Assembly: GCA_043228905.1 (NCBI GenBank)
Contig: JBHGNT010000003.1
Span: forward strand, 16,244,001-16,308,000
Source of the DNA: Azolla caroliniana
Taxonomy: Eukaryota > Plantae > Polypodiophyta
Direction of reading: 5' to 3'
Length of the DNA: 64,000 bases
The notes beneath the pieces are model-generated. The model saw only the letters and a program-made list of their open reading frames with translations, ran no database searches and was not told where the DNA came from. Position 1 is the stretch's first letter, and the number at the start of each line of letters is the position of its first letter. Shown here one piece after another: positions 37,323 through 49,764 of the stretch. The translations under genes and the position numbers were made by a program.

Positions 37323-39849
37323 ACGAGAAGCCAAAACACCGAAGGAGGCATGGCGGAACCTCAAGAAAATCTTCGCGGCCAACACGACTACATGCAAACG
37401 TAAACTCCGTTAGGAGTTGAACAATATTCAATGGAAGGACGTGTCAACTGGTAGCTACACCTTGAAGATCAAGGAGTCGTGTGACATCCTCGGGTCGATC
37501 AATGTTAACATTGGCGACGATGAAATGGTGCAGATTTGCCTCGGAGGCTTAGCACCTTGGTTTGGTGCCATTTGGTCGGTAGTCCTCGCGAGGGAGAATC
37601 CTCCCTCCTTCGATCTCCAGTCAATGTTGTTAGTCGAACAAAATCATGTTTGAACAAGATGCAACGTGCAAGAAGGACACATGCTCTATTCGAATTTCGA
37701 TGGAGGAAGAGGACAAGGTCGTGGAAGAAGAGGTCGATTCAGCCAAGGCCTACACAACCATGAGCAACCCTAAGAACAAAACTTCTATTATAGGCAATAC
37801 GTGTCACACACGCGAGGCAGAGTGTCTGGAAGAAGGGGGAGCAATCATATCGGGCCCAACCGATAGAACAACTTCGTCGAGTGAAGATACTGTGGCAGAG
37901 TGTTGGAAAAAGAAAAGTGAGACAGAATTCACTAGCCAAAAACTCACTAACCATGCCTCAAATTTTGATTACAAGACTATGGCAGAATGTTTATGATTTG
38001 GTAAGCGCAAATTCGATGACAGCATCGTGAACGAGCAGCACCTCTAGTTCGGAAAATGTATGGTTCACCGACTCGGTGCATCCAATCACATGAAGTATCA
38101 TAAAGATTGGTTCTGAGAGCTTCGAACGCCCGAGCGACCCGACTATGTGGAAGAAGTCACATTTGGAGAAGAGGGAAACCAAACCTATATCATGAACGCT
38201 TGCATGTTCCAATGATAATAAAGAATTTGGTCTCGGCCGGCAAGATAGTGGAACAAGGCATGCATGTTCGGTTTAATGATGGAGGATGCTTCACCAAAAA
38301 GGAAGTTCGAATTATCGCTCACGCCCGAAGAGAAGGCCGAATGTTCATCCTCGACTCTCATGAGATGAAATCGGTGATGTATGCCAAAGGCCGTAAAGCC
38401 GACACTGACAGAACTGTCGCATAAATGAATCGGCCAAAGTAATCTCTAGAAGCTCAAATGAATGTAATGGAAAGGAGTTGTCATCAGAATCCTGACCTTT
38501 ACTGAGAAGGAGATTACAAGTGTATGTGAAGCCTGCCAGTTCAACAAACAACATCGACAACCGTTCTTGAAAGAGAGGAACGTGAGCAAAGGGATCTTGG
38601 ATGGGGCACATTCAGATGTATGGGGACTGGCCCAAATGGCAACATTCAGTGGTTGCTGATATTATGTGACATTCATCGACAACTTCTCTAGGCACACCCA
38701 GATCTACCCTATGCAACAGATGAGCGAAGTGTTCGGACACATCCAAAAATTCAAAAATGAAGTCGAACAGGAAACCGGTCAGCATGTCCAATGCCTTCAA
38801 TCAGATGAAGACAAGGAGTATTTCTCCAATGTCTTCACAACATACCTTCGACAAGAAGGAATTTGGCGAGAGTTCACCTGGCGACACACACCTCAGCAGA
38901 ACAAAGTGGCCGGACGAAAGAATCAACATATACTTGAGGTGGCAAGGGCAATGATGAATAATAAACATTTGCCGAAATTGTACTAGGCTGAAGTGGCAAA
39001 CACGACTTTCTATCTAATGAATCGATGCACAACATCTGGAGTGCATGATGTCATCCCCCACGAGAAATTCTATGGGATGTCCACCCACTAGAGGGACATA
39101 TCCCCAACACTAAGAAGTTACTCTCCGGCCAATTCGAAATGACCGACATGAAGGAGCCACATTACTTTCTAGGGATTGAAGTAGTTCAGACTCCAGACGA
39201 CATCTTGATCTCCCAATGACACTATATCCTCAATCTTCTCTTCAAGTTTGGGATGACAAAATGTAAGTCTGTCGCTACCCCCGTTGATCTAAATCTAAGG
39301 CTCGATGTTGGTTCTGGCACAGAAGTATGTGAGCCAACTTTCTATTGTCAACTAGTGGGAAGCCTTATCTATATCTCCATCACTCAGATCAGCCCGAGTA
39401 AGCCGGTTATCCGTAGTCGAAGCTGGAGGTGATTCAAAGTCAAATCCGATGACCAGTCTGACACGACGTTGATCGAAGACTAGAACGAGTAAGACGACTA
39501 TCCATTGTCGAAGCTGATAACCAGTTTGAACCCCGAACTAACTATTTGGCGACCGAAGTTGTGTATGAAGGGGCGTGTTGAGAATCAAACTCAACTTCTC
39601 CAGTTTGGGGAACACACATTAGTACCACCTTCTAGTATAGTAACTAGTGTGTCATAGAACTATAAGATTCTATGACACATATCTAGTGTACTTAAGTCTC
39701 CATCTCTTTTTAGTAAGTGGTGGTTGTAGAAAGAGAATATAGAGAGAAGGTGACTATCTAAGCACCTCTCCTCTTCCTTCTAAACTGTTGGTTCCTTCTT
39801 GTACTCTTACTCTTATTATATAGTTTTTCCTTGTTTTCTGTATGCATAG

Positions 39850-39890
<41 letters not shown>

Positions 39891-39916
39891 ACACACACAC
39901 ACACACACACAACACA
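37323..39916 (+). mobile_element. Heavily degenerate Ty1/copia element E (gag to 3' LTR; right end approximate)
   Basis: gag LGSINVNIGDDEMVQICLGGL, PR WFTDS, INT TFIDNFSR/HTPQQN, RT remnants. GAAGGGGCG then TGTTG at 39576. Confidence 0.75.
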
Positions 39917-40201
39917 TCTCTTCTGTTGCATAGAATCACTTGCGATTCTTTACAGTTTTTTTGTGTGCATGTGCAAATTTGTAAATGCTTTTGAAGTGCT
40001 TATGTGCATGAAATGATTGGTGTATGTGTATTTCTATGTTACATATGGCTATGGGACTGATTTCGGCTCAAGATAAAGAAACCGAACCGAAACTGAATGT
40101 CAGGGCCCCGCAACTAGTTGCATGTATGTGTGTTTTTAAGTATGCGTGTTTGTGTTTATGTGTAAATGTGGCTTATGGATGGTCCTTTCTACTTGTGACA
40201 C

Positions 40202-40724
40202 AGGAATAGGGAACAAGCAAATACAAAGAGAAAACAGAAATGAAAGTAAACAAGATATTAACGTGGAAAACCCCAAATCAGGTAAAAACCACGGGTGCCC
40301 ACAGGCACCAAACAAATTCACTATGAGAGGGAAGGGTACAAGATGAACTCAAGGCACCGACCTTGAGTTCGTACACTTCGCCAATAGGCAGCTACAATAG
40401 AGACACTCTCAGTATCTCTCTCACTCTCTCACGCTTCGTCTGTTCTGCTGTAGAGGCAACGACCATTTACGCCACGTACACAGTTACACAAGTCTCAACT
40501 AAGTAGTGAACAAAACGACTTTGCACACATCACAATGTTTTCCCTAGTTATCTTTATACTTAGATAAATTTAGGGCTATTTACATAACTAGCCTAAACAG
40601 GCTTGACTCAAAAACTATTTACCTTTTCCGGATACTAATCCGGACTTCATCTGGTTTCCAACGGGGTGTAGCATTTTCCTTTATCCTGAATTCGGCCCAT
40701 CCGAAAGGGAGCTAATTCTTAACA
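40202..40724 (-). mobile_element. Truncated solo LTR, copia A-like
   Basis: TTAACGTGGAAAACCC...AAAACCACGGG, AGAGGCAACGACC and CCCATCCG.AGGGA...TAACA motifs shared with the A LTR. Confidence 0.7.
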
Positions 40725-43700
40725 ATGTGTAAATATGGCTGATGGATGGTACCTTCTACTTGTGACACTTGTGCTTGGTACCATCAAGTTGTAGGTTCCA
40801 CATCACATATCAGTCGCTGAGGTTGAGCTAGAGTCGCAATTGTTGTGTTGTTGGGGGACTAGCCTATTGGTTTTCTCCTCCTTCATCTTTCCTTATTGTT
40901 CACTTGATGAACAATTATCCAGTGCTCATTGTCTTCCTTGGTTCAAGGACAAATCAGACTTAGCAAAGGTTGATTTGGGGGGGTCTTATATTAAAAAATG
41001 TACCTTGGAATGATTAAGGGGTCCCTAGCTATATCCCCCCTCCCATTGAAATATCATCAAGCAATCATGGTGCTCCTTAGGCAAAAAGAAATTTGCTCTC
41101 ATAGGTTCACCCTCAAGTATATCAAAGGGATCCTTTTGAAGAAAGTAAAATCTCGAAGAGAGAGATTAAGAAAATGGAAAGATTTGGGGGCATATCCTTG
41201 TGTTTCGACATATCAAGTCTACTATTAACGACAATATCGTCTTGGTCATTACAAGCCTCTCGCACCCCCTCATGATTCACTACCATATGATAGTTCGTTT
41301 GTCAACAAAGCTTGGGTGTTCCAAATTTGTGAACCTAACAAAGGGCTCTCTTGCCAAACAGAAATAGTAGTACCTTTTGCATCATAGATTGTCTTTTTCC
41401 CTCTATTGTATGTAATAATAATAAATGGCGAGCTCTTATTAGTTGAACTATGTTTTATTATTGACTTAATTTCATCTCCTTATTTTTCCAATTAATGACC
41501 TCTTCGACCATAAATTTCACTATTTGTAAACTTGACAATTTGGCACTTTTATCCCTTCGCACTCACCACATCAAGACAATGTTTCTTCCAGTCAAGCAAC
41601 AAATGGTATACATGTTGCAATTCTTGAAACTGGACCACTTCACATTGAGATCACGACCATGGAAAGGGTTGTAAATACACACTTAAGGTTTTAAAAACCC
41701 TCTCAATGACTTTCCATGTGAAACAAGTAAAAATATTCAAATGAGACATAAAAGCAAACGTTTGAGTTTTGGATGGCCATTGGCTACAAGATATCTAATG
41801 CATAGGGTTAGTCATATCGTGTAACCATCCAAAACTCAAATGACTAATAGCCATCCAAGATATATCACACCTAATGACTAACCCATCTAGTGCATAGAAG
41901 AACTTATAATGTGAAAACTTCATCAATGATGCATAACAATTCTTAATTAATTAACTTATTGTGAAATGCATAACGCAATTTAGATAAATACTCATTATTG
42001 TAGACATCGTGAGGTAGAAAATTGAGAAGGCATTAGGATTTACCTTCTCTAAAGCCTAACTAAAGCATCTCTTGAATTAATAATTCAGATGCTATCATCA
42101 TTTATACAAATTTGAACTCAACAAGGATTATGGGACACACTAATTTTCCTCAAAAACTCATTTTTCCAAGAAGAAACCATGTTTTGATAGCATCCATAAC
42201 AAACAATATTATTTGCTTTCTTTTACATAAGAAAGAATTTCAATTACCTGAACCTTTAAACATTAGGATACGATGAACTCAGTGAACATTAGTTTCACAC
42301 ATAAAACCATATTTTGATGATGGCGACTATAATGATTTCTTTTGATAATGAAAGACAACTAAAACGAAGGCATACTTTATAGTTTTGATGACTATTATAA
42401 AGAGGTCTTTGAACTTATTTGTCTTTAAACAAAGCCATAAGTAAGCAATTTAATATTCTTATAATTTGAAAACATTGGAAAATTAAAAGCCATGTTTAAG
42501 TTAAGCTCTGGTAACATCAATTTTGCTTCCATCTATAATGATTAGAAATTGTCTAAAAAACTGGAATCCACTAGCTTTAATGAGTAAAATATTGACATGA
42601 TAAGTGTGGATACTTAGTGATGTTATTATTGCAAACTTATGCATGTGGATATACACACTTTTAGTAAAGTGAATGATAAACCTCAGATAGTGTTGAGATA
42701 ACATTAAATTGATGAATGAACTTGTGTTATTTATGAATACAACTCAATATCATGTATAACAAAATTATTATATTTAGGACGGAAGATATATTTTGATAGT
42801 TGGTAACATACATGCTTAATGTTGATTGTAGTAGATTTCATTATAATATATTGCACATGATAAAAGAGCAAGTGGACATTTGAGGTAACCCATGCGTTGT
42901 GAAGATGTGCTAATGAAAGAAGTATAAAAATAAGTGTATGTTATAGGGAAACCAATTTACAATTCTAAGGAGTGATTGAGTTTCAACAACAATAAGACAT
43001 TTATGTGCAATAACACAATGTGCATGGATTGTCTATTTAGTAGTTATATAATTGATATAAAGCCCTCATTACGAGGTGAAGGCCATATCTACAATGAGTA
43101 TATTCTACATAACTATCTTGAAGTTAATACTCTTTGAGGAAGTAGGAGAATGAGAGCCCAAAATATAGTATTCTAATAACAATAGGCACATGGTAAGTGT
43201 ATGTTACTCTTTGTAAAGGTTTCCCTTTCCAAGATTGTCATTGACATGAGCTCAAAGTCCAACATTGAGTTGAGTGGATCAAACTTTGTGAGGTATTCTC
43301 AAAATACAAGATTTCTACACAAGTAGAAATATGCCTAATCAAAGCAAGCTTGCACATGGTGTAGAAACCATAACTTTTACAAAATTATCTTGTAATGCTA
43401 ATAAAAAAAATGCTAGTTAATATTTGTAATGAAGAAATGCCGCATGTGTTTCTACATTGGCTATGGTTAATCATTTGACACAAATTTATAGATAGAACAA
43501 TCTGTAGAGGTAGTTGTTATGATTAGATTAAGCTAATGATATTAAATAAGGAATAAATAAGTGAGGACATTGTTCCTCCCGACCACCCCCAAACAAAAGA
43601 TTTGGTATGATCCTTAAACCCTAATGGTGTCCCATATCGCCGCGTATAGTCTAGAGATGTACCTTGGCTTATATTAGACGATAGGCAACTTGGCACAAGA

Positions 43701-44434
43701 ACTTCGCCAAACAACCAAAGTCTAAGAGTCTCATAATGGAGATGGTAAAATGAGCTAATTAGTCCCATATTTTTATCTTAAACAAGAGCCCCCTTGACTA
43801 CCACATGGGTGCCTATGTGTCACTAACCATGCTAAGTTTCCTCAAACCCTAGGATAAATGTCATTCTTCCTTTATTTATTGGTGATATGTTACCCCTCCC
43901 TTTCGGACGTAAAGTTATATGTCCATAACAATAATTTGCTACCATTTCATGAACTATGTTGGTGGATTGAGAGATTGACGATAAGTTGATCATTGTTCAA
44001 TGATTGGGCTTGACAATGTGAATAGGTTCATGAACACTAAACTTTTGGTAAGAAATAACAATGATCACCAGAGTTCCAAATACTTTTGGATGCATAATAT
44101 GCATCCGTACTCTTCAACATATGTATGCATTTTACAAACATCCAATTCACAACTTTCACACATTCTAGAGATACTAAGAATGCTAAGTATTTTACCATTT
44201 TTTTAAATAATATATTTTAAACATTTTAATTATGTAGAACACACTAAAAACTTCTTAAAATATAAATGTTTTAGAGAAATGATTTAATTTTTGATTTTTT
44301 TATATACATATATTTTTAACTTTATGGAAATGTTAAATGCTTGTTAAATATGTAGAGTATGTTGAATACTTATAATATGAAGAATATATAAAAGTTAAAA
44401 TGGCAACTCTAAAGCATAGAATATGTGTAGAATA

Positions 44435-45148
44435 CAGGGCACCATTCGGTTAAGAGTGTGCCCACTTAAGTGTGCCATTCTATTAAGTGTGCTCAAAATT
44501 ACATTGTTCCATGATGAAATTACATTAAACCAAATTGAAACTATGTTCCAAACATTCAGAAACAAGAAAAGAAAGGAGTTTTTGGAAAAAATAAAATTAA
44601 AAGAATTTGTTACATGATGGTCGGTGGGGTATGTTGAAAACGCACAGAGAAATGTAGGGGAAAAAAGAACACACAAATTGAGGAAGTGGTATTTCCAGTC
44701 ACAACGTCTATGTGTATATTTGTGTGTGTGTCATGTGTTCTATGTGTGCGTGTCTGCGATTTTGATTCTCTGTCGCTCCTCTCTCTTTTCCTGTCTCTTT
44801 CATCTGTACTACAATTCCTCAAACCTACTGCCACGAGGAAGAAAATGCAAGAAAAAATCTCATCGCATCCAAGGAACGTCATTAGGTTTGTTGCATAACA
44901 TATGTATTCCTCAGGCCACTGAAGGTAATTTGGAATCGAGAAAGAAACGGTATTCAAGAGGAGTGTGCTGAAAATCAGAAACGTTTCAGGTCAGTTATAT
45001 CACGTAAATTCATCACTTTTCTTATGAAGAATTGTATGATTAGAGCACAAACGGAAAAGTTTTTAGAAAACCGTAAAATTTTCAAAAAACCCCTAAGTGC
45101 GAACTTTTTCCATGCATTCAAAGTGTGCACTAAACCGAATGGTTACTG
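44435..45148. mobile_element. Possible Tc1/mariner(pogo)-type non-autonomous DNA transposon
   Basis: TA|CAGGGCACCATTCGGTT ... AACCGAATGGTTACTG|TA imperfect TIRs with TA flanks. Confidence 0.5.
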
Positions 45149-45283
45149 TACTCCAAGGTATTCTAGACATAAAAGATGTGATTTTCTAACAACTATAGTG
45201 CTACTCATCCATGTGTCTATACCTGAATTAATTTTGGATTTTTGGGTTGAAGATTCACATGAATCATTATCAACAAAATGATA

Positions 45284-45361
45284 TATAGGTCAGTTGACAA
45301 GAGCTTACGCAAGGAGCGAATAGTCAAGGGTTCAAGTCTTGTTTGAACTAAAAAAAATAAA
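45284..45361 (+). mobile_element. Degenerate tRNA-derived SINE or tRNA pseudogene
   Basis: TAGGTCAGTTGACAAGAGC (A-box-like), GGTTCAAGTCT (B-box-like), then an A-rich tail. Confidence 0.35.
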
Positions 45362-45440
45362 GTGGACATACATCAAGTGAAAAAGTGAGGTGCATGCTAT
45401 AAACAAGGACACAATATTTATTTGCATGAGGTGCTTAAAA

Positions 45441-45750
45441 ACAAGATGTGGTGTGGCCATCATCTGTTGGGGCATTACACCGAAACTTGAGGATCTCCTC
45501 CCAAAGCTCTAGCAAATCTTTCATCACCATCTATTTATGTATCTTCCTTTGAAACCACTTTTTGTAATAGAGTCGAGTTAATCTCATTGATAGGTCACAA
45601 CAAGATGCGATGTGGCCATCATCTGTTGGGGTATTACACCAAAACTCGAGAATCTCCTCCCAAAGCTCCACCAAATCTTTCATCACTACCTATTTATGTA
45701 TCTTCCTTGTAAACCACTTTATGTAACAAAGCCGAGTTAATCTTGTTGAT
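45441..45750. repeat. Diverged ~159-bp tandem duplication
   Basis: ACAAGATG..GTGGCCATCATCTGTTGGGG...GAGTTAATCT at 45441 and at 45600. Confidence 0.85.
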
Positions 45751-46319
45751 TCGAACTATCGAATGGATGTATACAACATTTTGAATATTCATTTAAAGTT
45801 ATTTTCAATTATCTACCGTGTACTATTACTCATAATTCAACATGGATGTGATGACATTTTCGAGTCGGAAATGTGAGCTTGAGACACAAAGTTACAAGAA
45901 TTTGGAGTTTAATTGATGAAGCATGAAACTCGATTTTCCATCTTAGAAACTTTGTCAACACAAACATTTCACCTCGAGGATCACGACAAAATTTTGGATC
46001 TCGATTTCAACCTCTTGACTGAAGAGTTACGTGAACGTCTAAATTTTTGGACGAGGGGAGTCAAATTTGTTATGAAAACCGAGGCCAAAGTCTTGTCCAA
46101 CGAACAATGCCGGAAAAGGAGGATTTAGAATGTATTTTTTGAATAGGGAAAAGTACCAGGATACCCTTGGAAGTTCATCTATTTTCTAGAATGCCCCTGG
46201 AAGTTTCAAATTTACCAAACTACCCCTATGTCCAAAAAAATACACTTTATAAAGTAATTATTCCCTCAAATCTACAAGCCCTATTTACTATAATACCCTT
46301 CAAACACAAATTTCTTTAC

Positions 46320-48014
46320 TTATGCGATTCTTTGGGTAAATAGGGCTTGATGTATTGAGCTCAACGCCACGTGTACATCTCTCACTGGATGGGACGGGCC
46401 CAACACCGTGTGTTCGCCTAACACATGATGGAAAATCGAGCCTGTTGACACCACGAGCCCGTCTACTGTTGCTTGTTGTATCGGACCTGGTGTACCATGT
46501 GGATCAATGCGAACGATATTAGCAGGTGGGATGAAAAGGTCAGACGACAAGCCGAGCACGCCGAAAGCCACCTCATCGATGACCCACTCCTCCTCAAGCC
46601 GTGTTTTGGTATGACTCATCGTAGCCTCGCCAAACCGAAGCAAGGTAGCTATGGCCCGAGTGTGCTACACTGATGCCGTCCACAACTCAGTACTCTTCCA
46701 CACTAGTGTCTATGTTGGTTTCGCAGAATACAACCTCCAACTAGATCATCAACCCAATCGTTTGGCTGAAATACCCCGACATTATGTGGCATATTATCTT
46801 GGCCAGTCCCTCGCTCCGGCTTGATAGAGTCCCCGGATCGGCTGATAGCTTCAGGATGAAGCAATCCTATCCCCGTATCTTTTTCTCGCCAATGCATCAT
46901 GCCCACGAAAATATGGTTGCTATAAGCCTTGGATGCAACCCCTGGCAACAATCAAAATCCATCTAAGCATATACTCTTCCCACATCAAATTATCCACCAA
47001 GGTTTCCAGTTTAATTCCTCACTTGGTTTTCCCAAATGAATTTACCCACAAATAATCCAATAAATTCAACACTTAGAATCTTGCAATCTATCCATTCACA
47101 ATCCCCATATAAAAAACCATGCTATTCTAACATGACACTCTCGCATTTAAGCCTGGTGAGTCGATTAATTCAAGAGATTTCCTTACTTGCAAGGCTCGTC
47201 GGAGGGGTCTAACGGGCCCCTTGGCAGTGTCCGAGCCAAGCCACGGAGTATGCCTCTAGATGAGCTGTCCATCGCTCCCGGCCACAACTTTACTACCACC
47301 GACTACCATTTCTACATTCCACATGTCCAGGGCCATTTGCCACAACACAAAAAATCTAGATTCAGTTGCACGCCACGAGCTCTTGGCCTTGGCCATGTGT
47401 ATGGTTGCTGCTGCCGTAACCTTGAAGTTTGATGCCAACATCTTCACTCTTCCCATGGCATACAAATTCTGCACATTACTAAGCTTCGAAACACCTGTTG
47501 CACAAATGTACTATTGGATAATGTATTGTGCCGATGAGGTCGCCTGAGGGGAGGGGGATCTGTAACACCAAATCAATATGTGTGGGGCTTTTCTTAGTAT
47601 ATGAACCAATCTAAGTATACAAAAGTATCTTAATAAGCATGCATAAAATGGGTGCCAGTTGAAACGAAATTAATGTCAACTTAAAATGCATGAGGGAAAT
47701 CCATTAAACATGCATACAAGATGATGGTTATAATTGATAATTGAGTCCACTGAATATATGTTATAATGGATAATTGGGTCCATTGAATGTATGTAAATTG
47801 ATAATTGCCCCAATCTCAGCCATTTGCACCTCCCTTGACCTCTTCTCATAACACCCACATTCTCAAATCTCTATGCGGTTGGACCTTCCATTAATGGGCT
47901 CAGAGGAGTACTTAATCCACAGTAGCTTTGCATGATCTTAAACTCTTCTTCTGCTTCCCCTTCTTCTAATCCAATTGCTTGCTTCTTCTTCAAGATCATC
48001 ATTCGAGAAGCCAT
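46320..48014 (-). pseudogene. DUF620-family plant protein pseudogene, intron-containing
   Basis: PLMEGP; SAQYII..YI.ATG; YAMGRVKM; FVLWQM..DMW.VE; GPVRPLRRALQ|gt (47187); ag|GL.PR...CIGEKKI..DCFILKL (46941); RFGE..MSHTKTR.EE.W.I.EVAF.V.GLS.D.FIPPA. Several stops and a frameshift. Confidence 0.88.
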
Positions 48015-48284
48015 GGGTTGCTGAGATTAGTATTAACACAGTTAATCGTACCCAAAAAGGTAGCTTTTCCTTGGCTAATAACAAAGAAGCGAGAATCCTT
48101 TTATGGTAAGAAGGCTTGTTGACAAAGAGAGGCCCATTGAAGCTTTGGCCTTCAAGTAAAAGCTATTCCTCCTGCTGATTTGTTTTTGCTTGAAAGGAAA
48201 TATATGTATGTGAATGTGCATAAATCAAGAAATCTTCAGTTAGCTCTACTCTTTCCTGTCTACAGGAAAGATCAAAAAACACCC

Positions 48285-49660
48285 TGTCTGAATATGGTTT
48301 CCTAAGCTATGCTTGGCCACAACCGAGACGTCGGATCATTCACAGAAAATAGGGATGTGGAGAGATGTATCTACACACGAAACAGTAAAGAAGAGAGTGC
48401 ACTAGATGTTAACGTGGAAGACCCAAATATGGGAAAAACTACGACAACCCTTACACTGCAATATATCACTATATCAAGATTACAACAATGGGGCACAGAG
48501 GCAACGACCTCTTTCTCCCTCGCTTCGCCACCAGGCGGTTACAACAGAGGCAACAATCTCTTCCTCTCTTGTCCTCTCTCTCTCTCTCTGTACACAGTTA
48601 CACTTAGAATTATCGCCACAACGATAATCACACAACCAACACTAGATCCTGTTTGCCCTAGGTCATATTTATACTAATATGACTTTCAGGCTATTTACAA
48701 ATATTGCCCCAATGGGCTCTCTGGAACATATTTACATATATGTCCCTTCCATCCGATGAGAGGTTCTCACTGGGCCTGCAACATCCGGTTCTCACCGGGT
48801 CTTCCTTGCCGGGTACTCGTCATCCGGTTCTCACCGGGTCTTCCTTGCGGGGTACTCGTCATCCAGTTCTCACCAGGTCTTCTGTTGCCGGATACTCCAC
48901 ATCCGGTTCTCACCGGGTCTTCTGTTCCCGGGTACTCCACATCCAGTTCTCACCGGGTCTTCCGTTGTCGGGTACTCCACATCCGGTTCTTCTCACTTCC
49001 CATCCGGAGGGACTTGTTTCCTAACAAACTCCCCCTTCACTCCGACATGGGATGTCTTACTAGTCCGATCCGCTTCCGACATGCATCTAGCTTGTCGGGT
49101 ATCAGTACTTTGGTCAGCATATCTGACCCGTTCTCGGCCGTGTGGATCTTCGTCACCGCGAACTCTCGATCTTCTACTCGCTCCCGAATCCAGTGATACC
49201 TACGCTAGATGTGCTTCGACCTGGAATGGTATGCTGCGTTCTTAGCAAGGTGGATGGCACTTCGACTGTCGCAATAGAGCCGATATTCATCTTGCCGTAT
49301 ACCGAGCTCACCGATGAAGTCCTTCATCCATAATATTTCCTTGCCGACTTCCATAGCCGCCATGTACTCCGCCTTCGTGGTTGACAAAGAAACCGTCTTT
49401 TTCAGCCTCGACTGCCACGAAACAGCTCCCCCTGCATATGTCATTACATACCCGAATGTAGATCGGATGGTATCCACATCAGCCGACATGTCCGAATCGG
49501 TAAAAACGTCAAGTTGAGGTTTACCGGAGCCGAATCGGAGACACATATTCGAAGTGCCCTTCAAGTACTGGAGTATCCATTTTACCGCGTTCCAGTGCTC
49601 CATGCCGGGATTGCTCATAAACCGGCTCACCACTTCGATTGCGTATCCAATATCTGGTCA
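48285..49660 (-). mobile_element. Copia A-family 3' LTR (48285-49026), PPT and RNase H remnant
   Basis: PPT GAAGGGGGAGTT 49038-49027; ORF 49205-49633 FTDSD...SWQSRL...HSRSKHI. Confidence 0.85.
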
Positions 49661-49764
49661 AGTACACACCACCTTACCGGGTTCCTTACCGGTTTCGGTC
49701 CTCACCGATTCTTCCTTCCGGTTCTCACTGGGTACTCCATATCCTATCCGGAGAAACTAAAAAT

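Noticed and set aside
39852-39916. (CT)n/(CA)n microsatellites (also 6512, 55613, 58795, 61286)
   Set aside because: Ordinary simple repeats, mostly within LTRs.
40770-44400. Short ORFs or possible decayed transposase in the AT-rich stretch
   Set aside because: No motif I could support; left unannotated.
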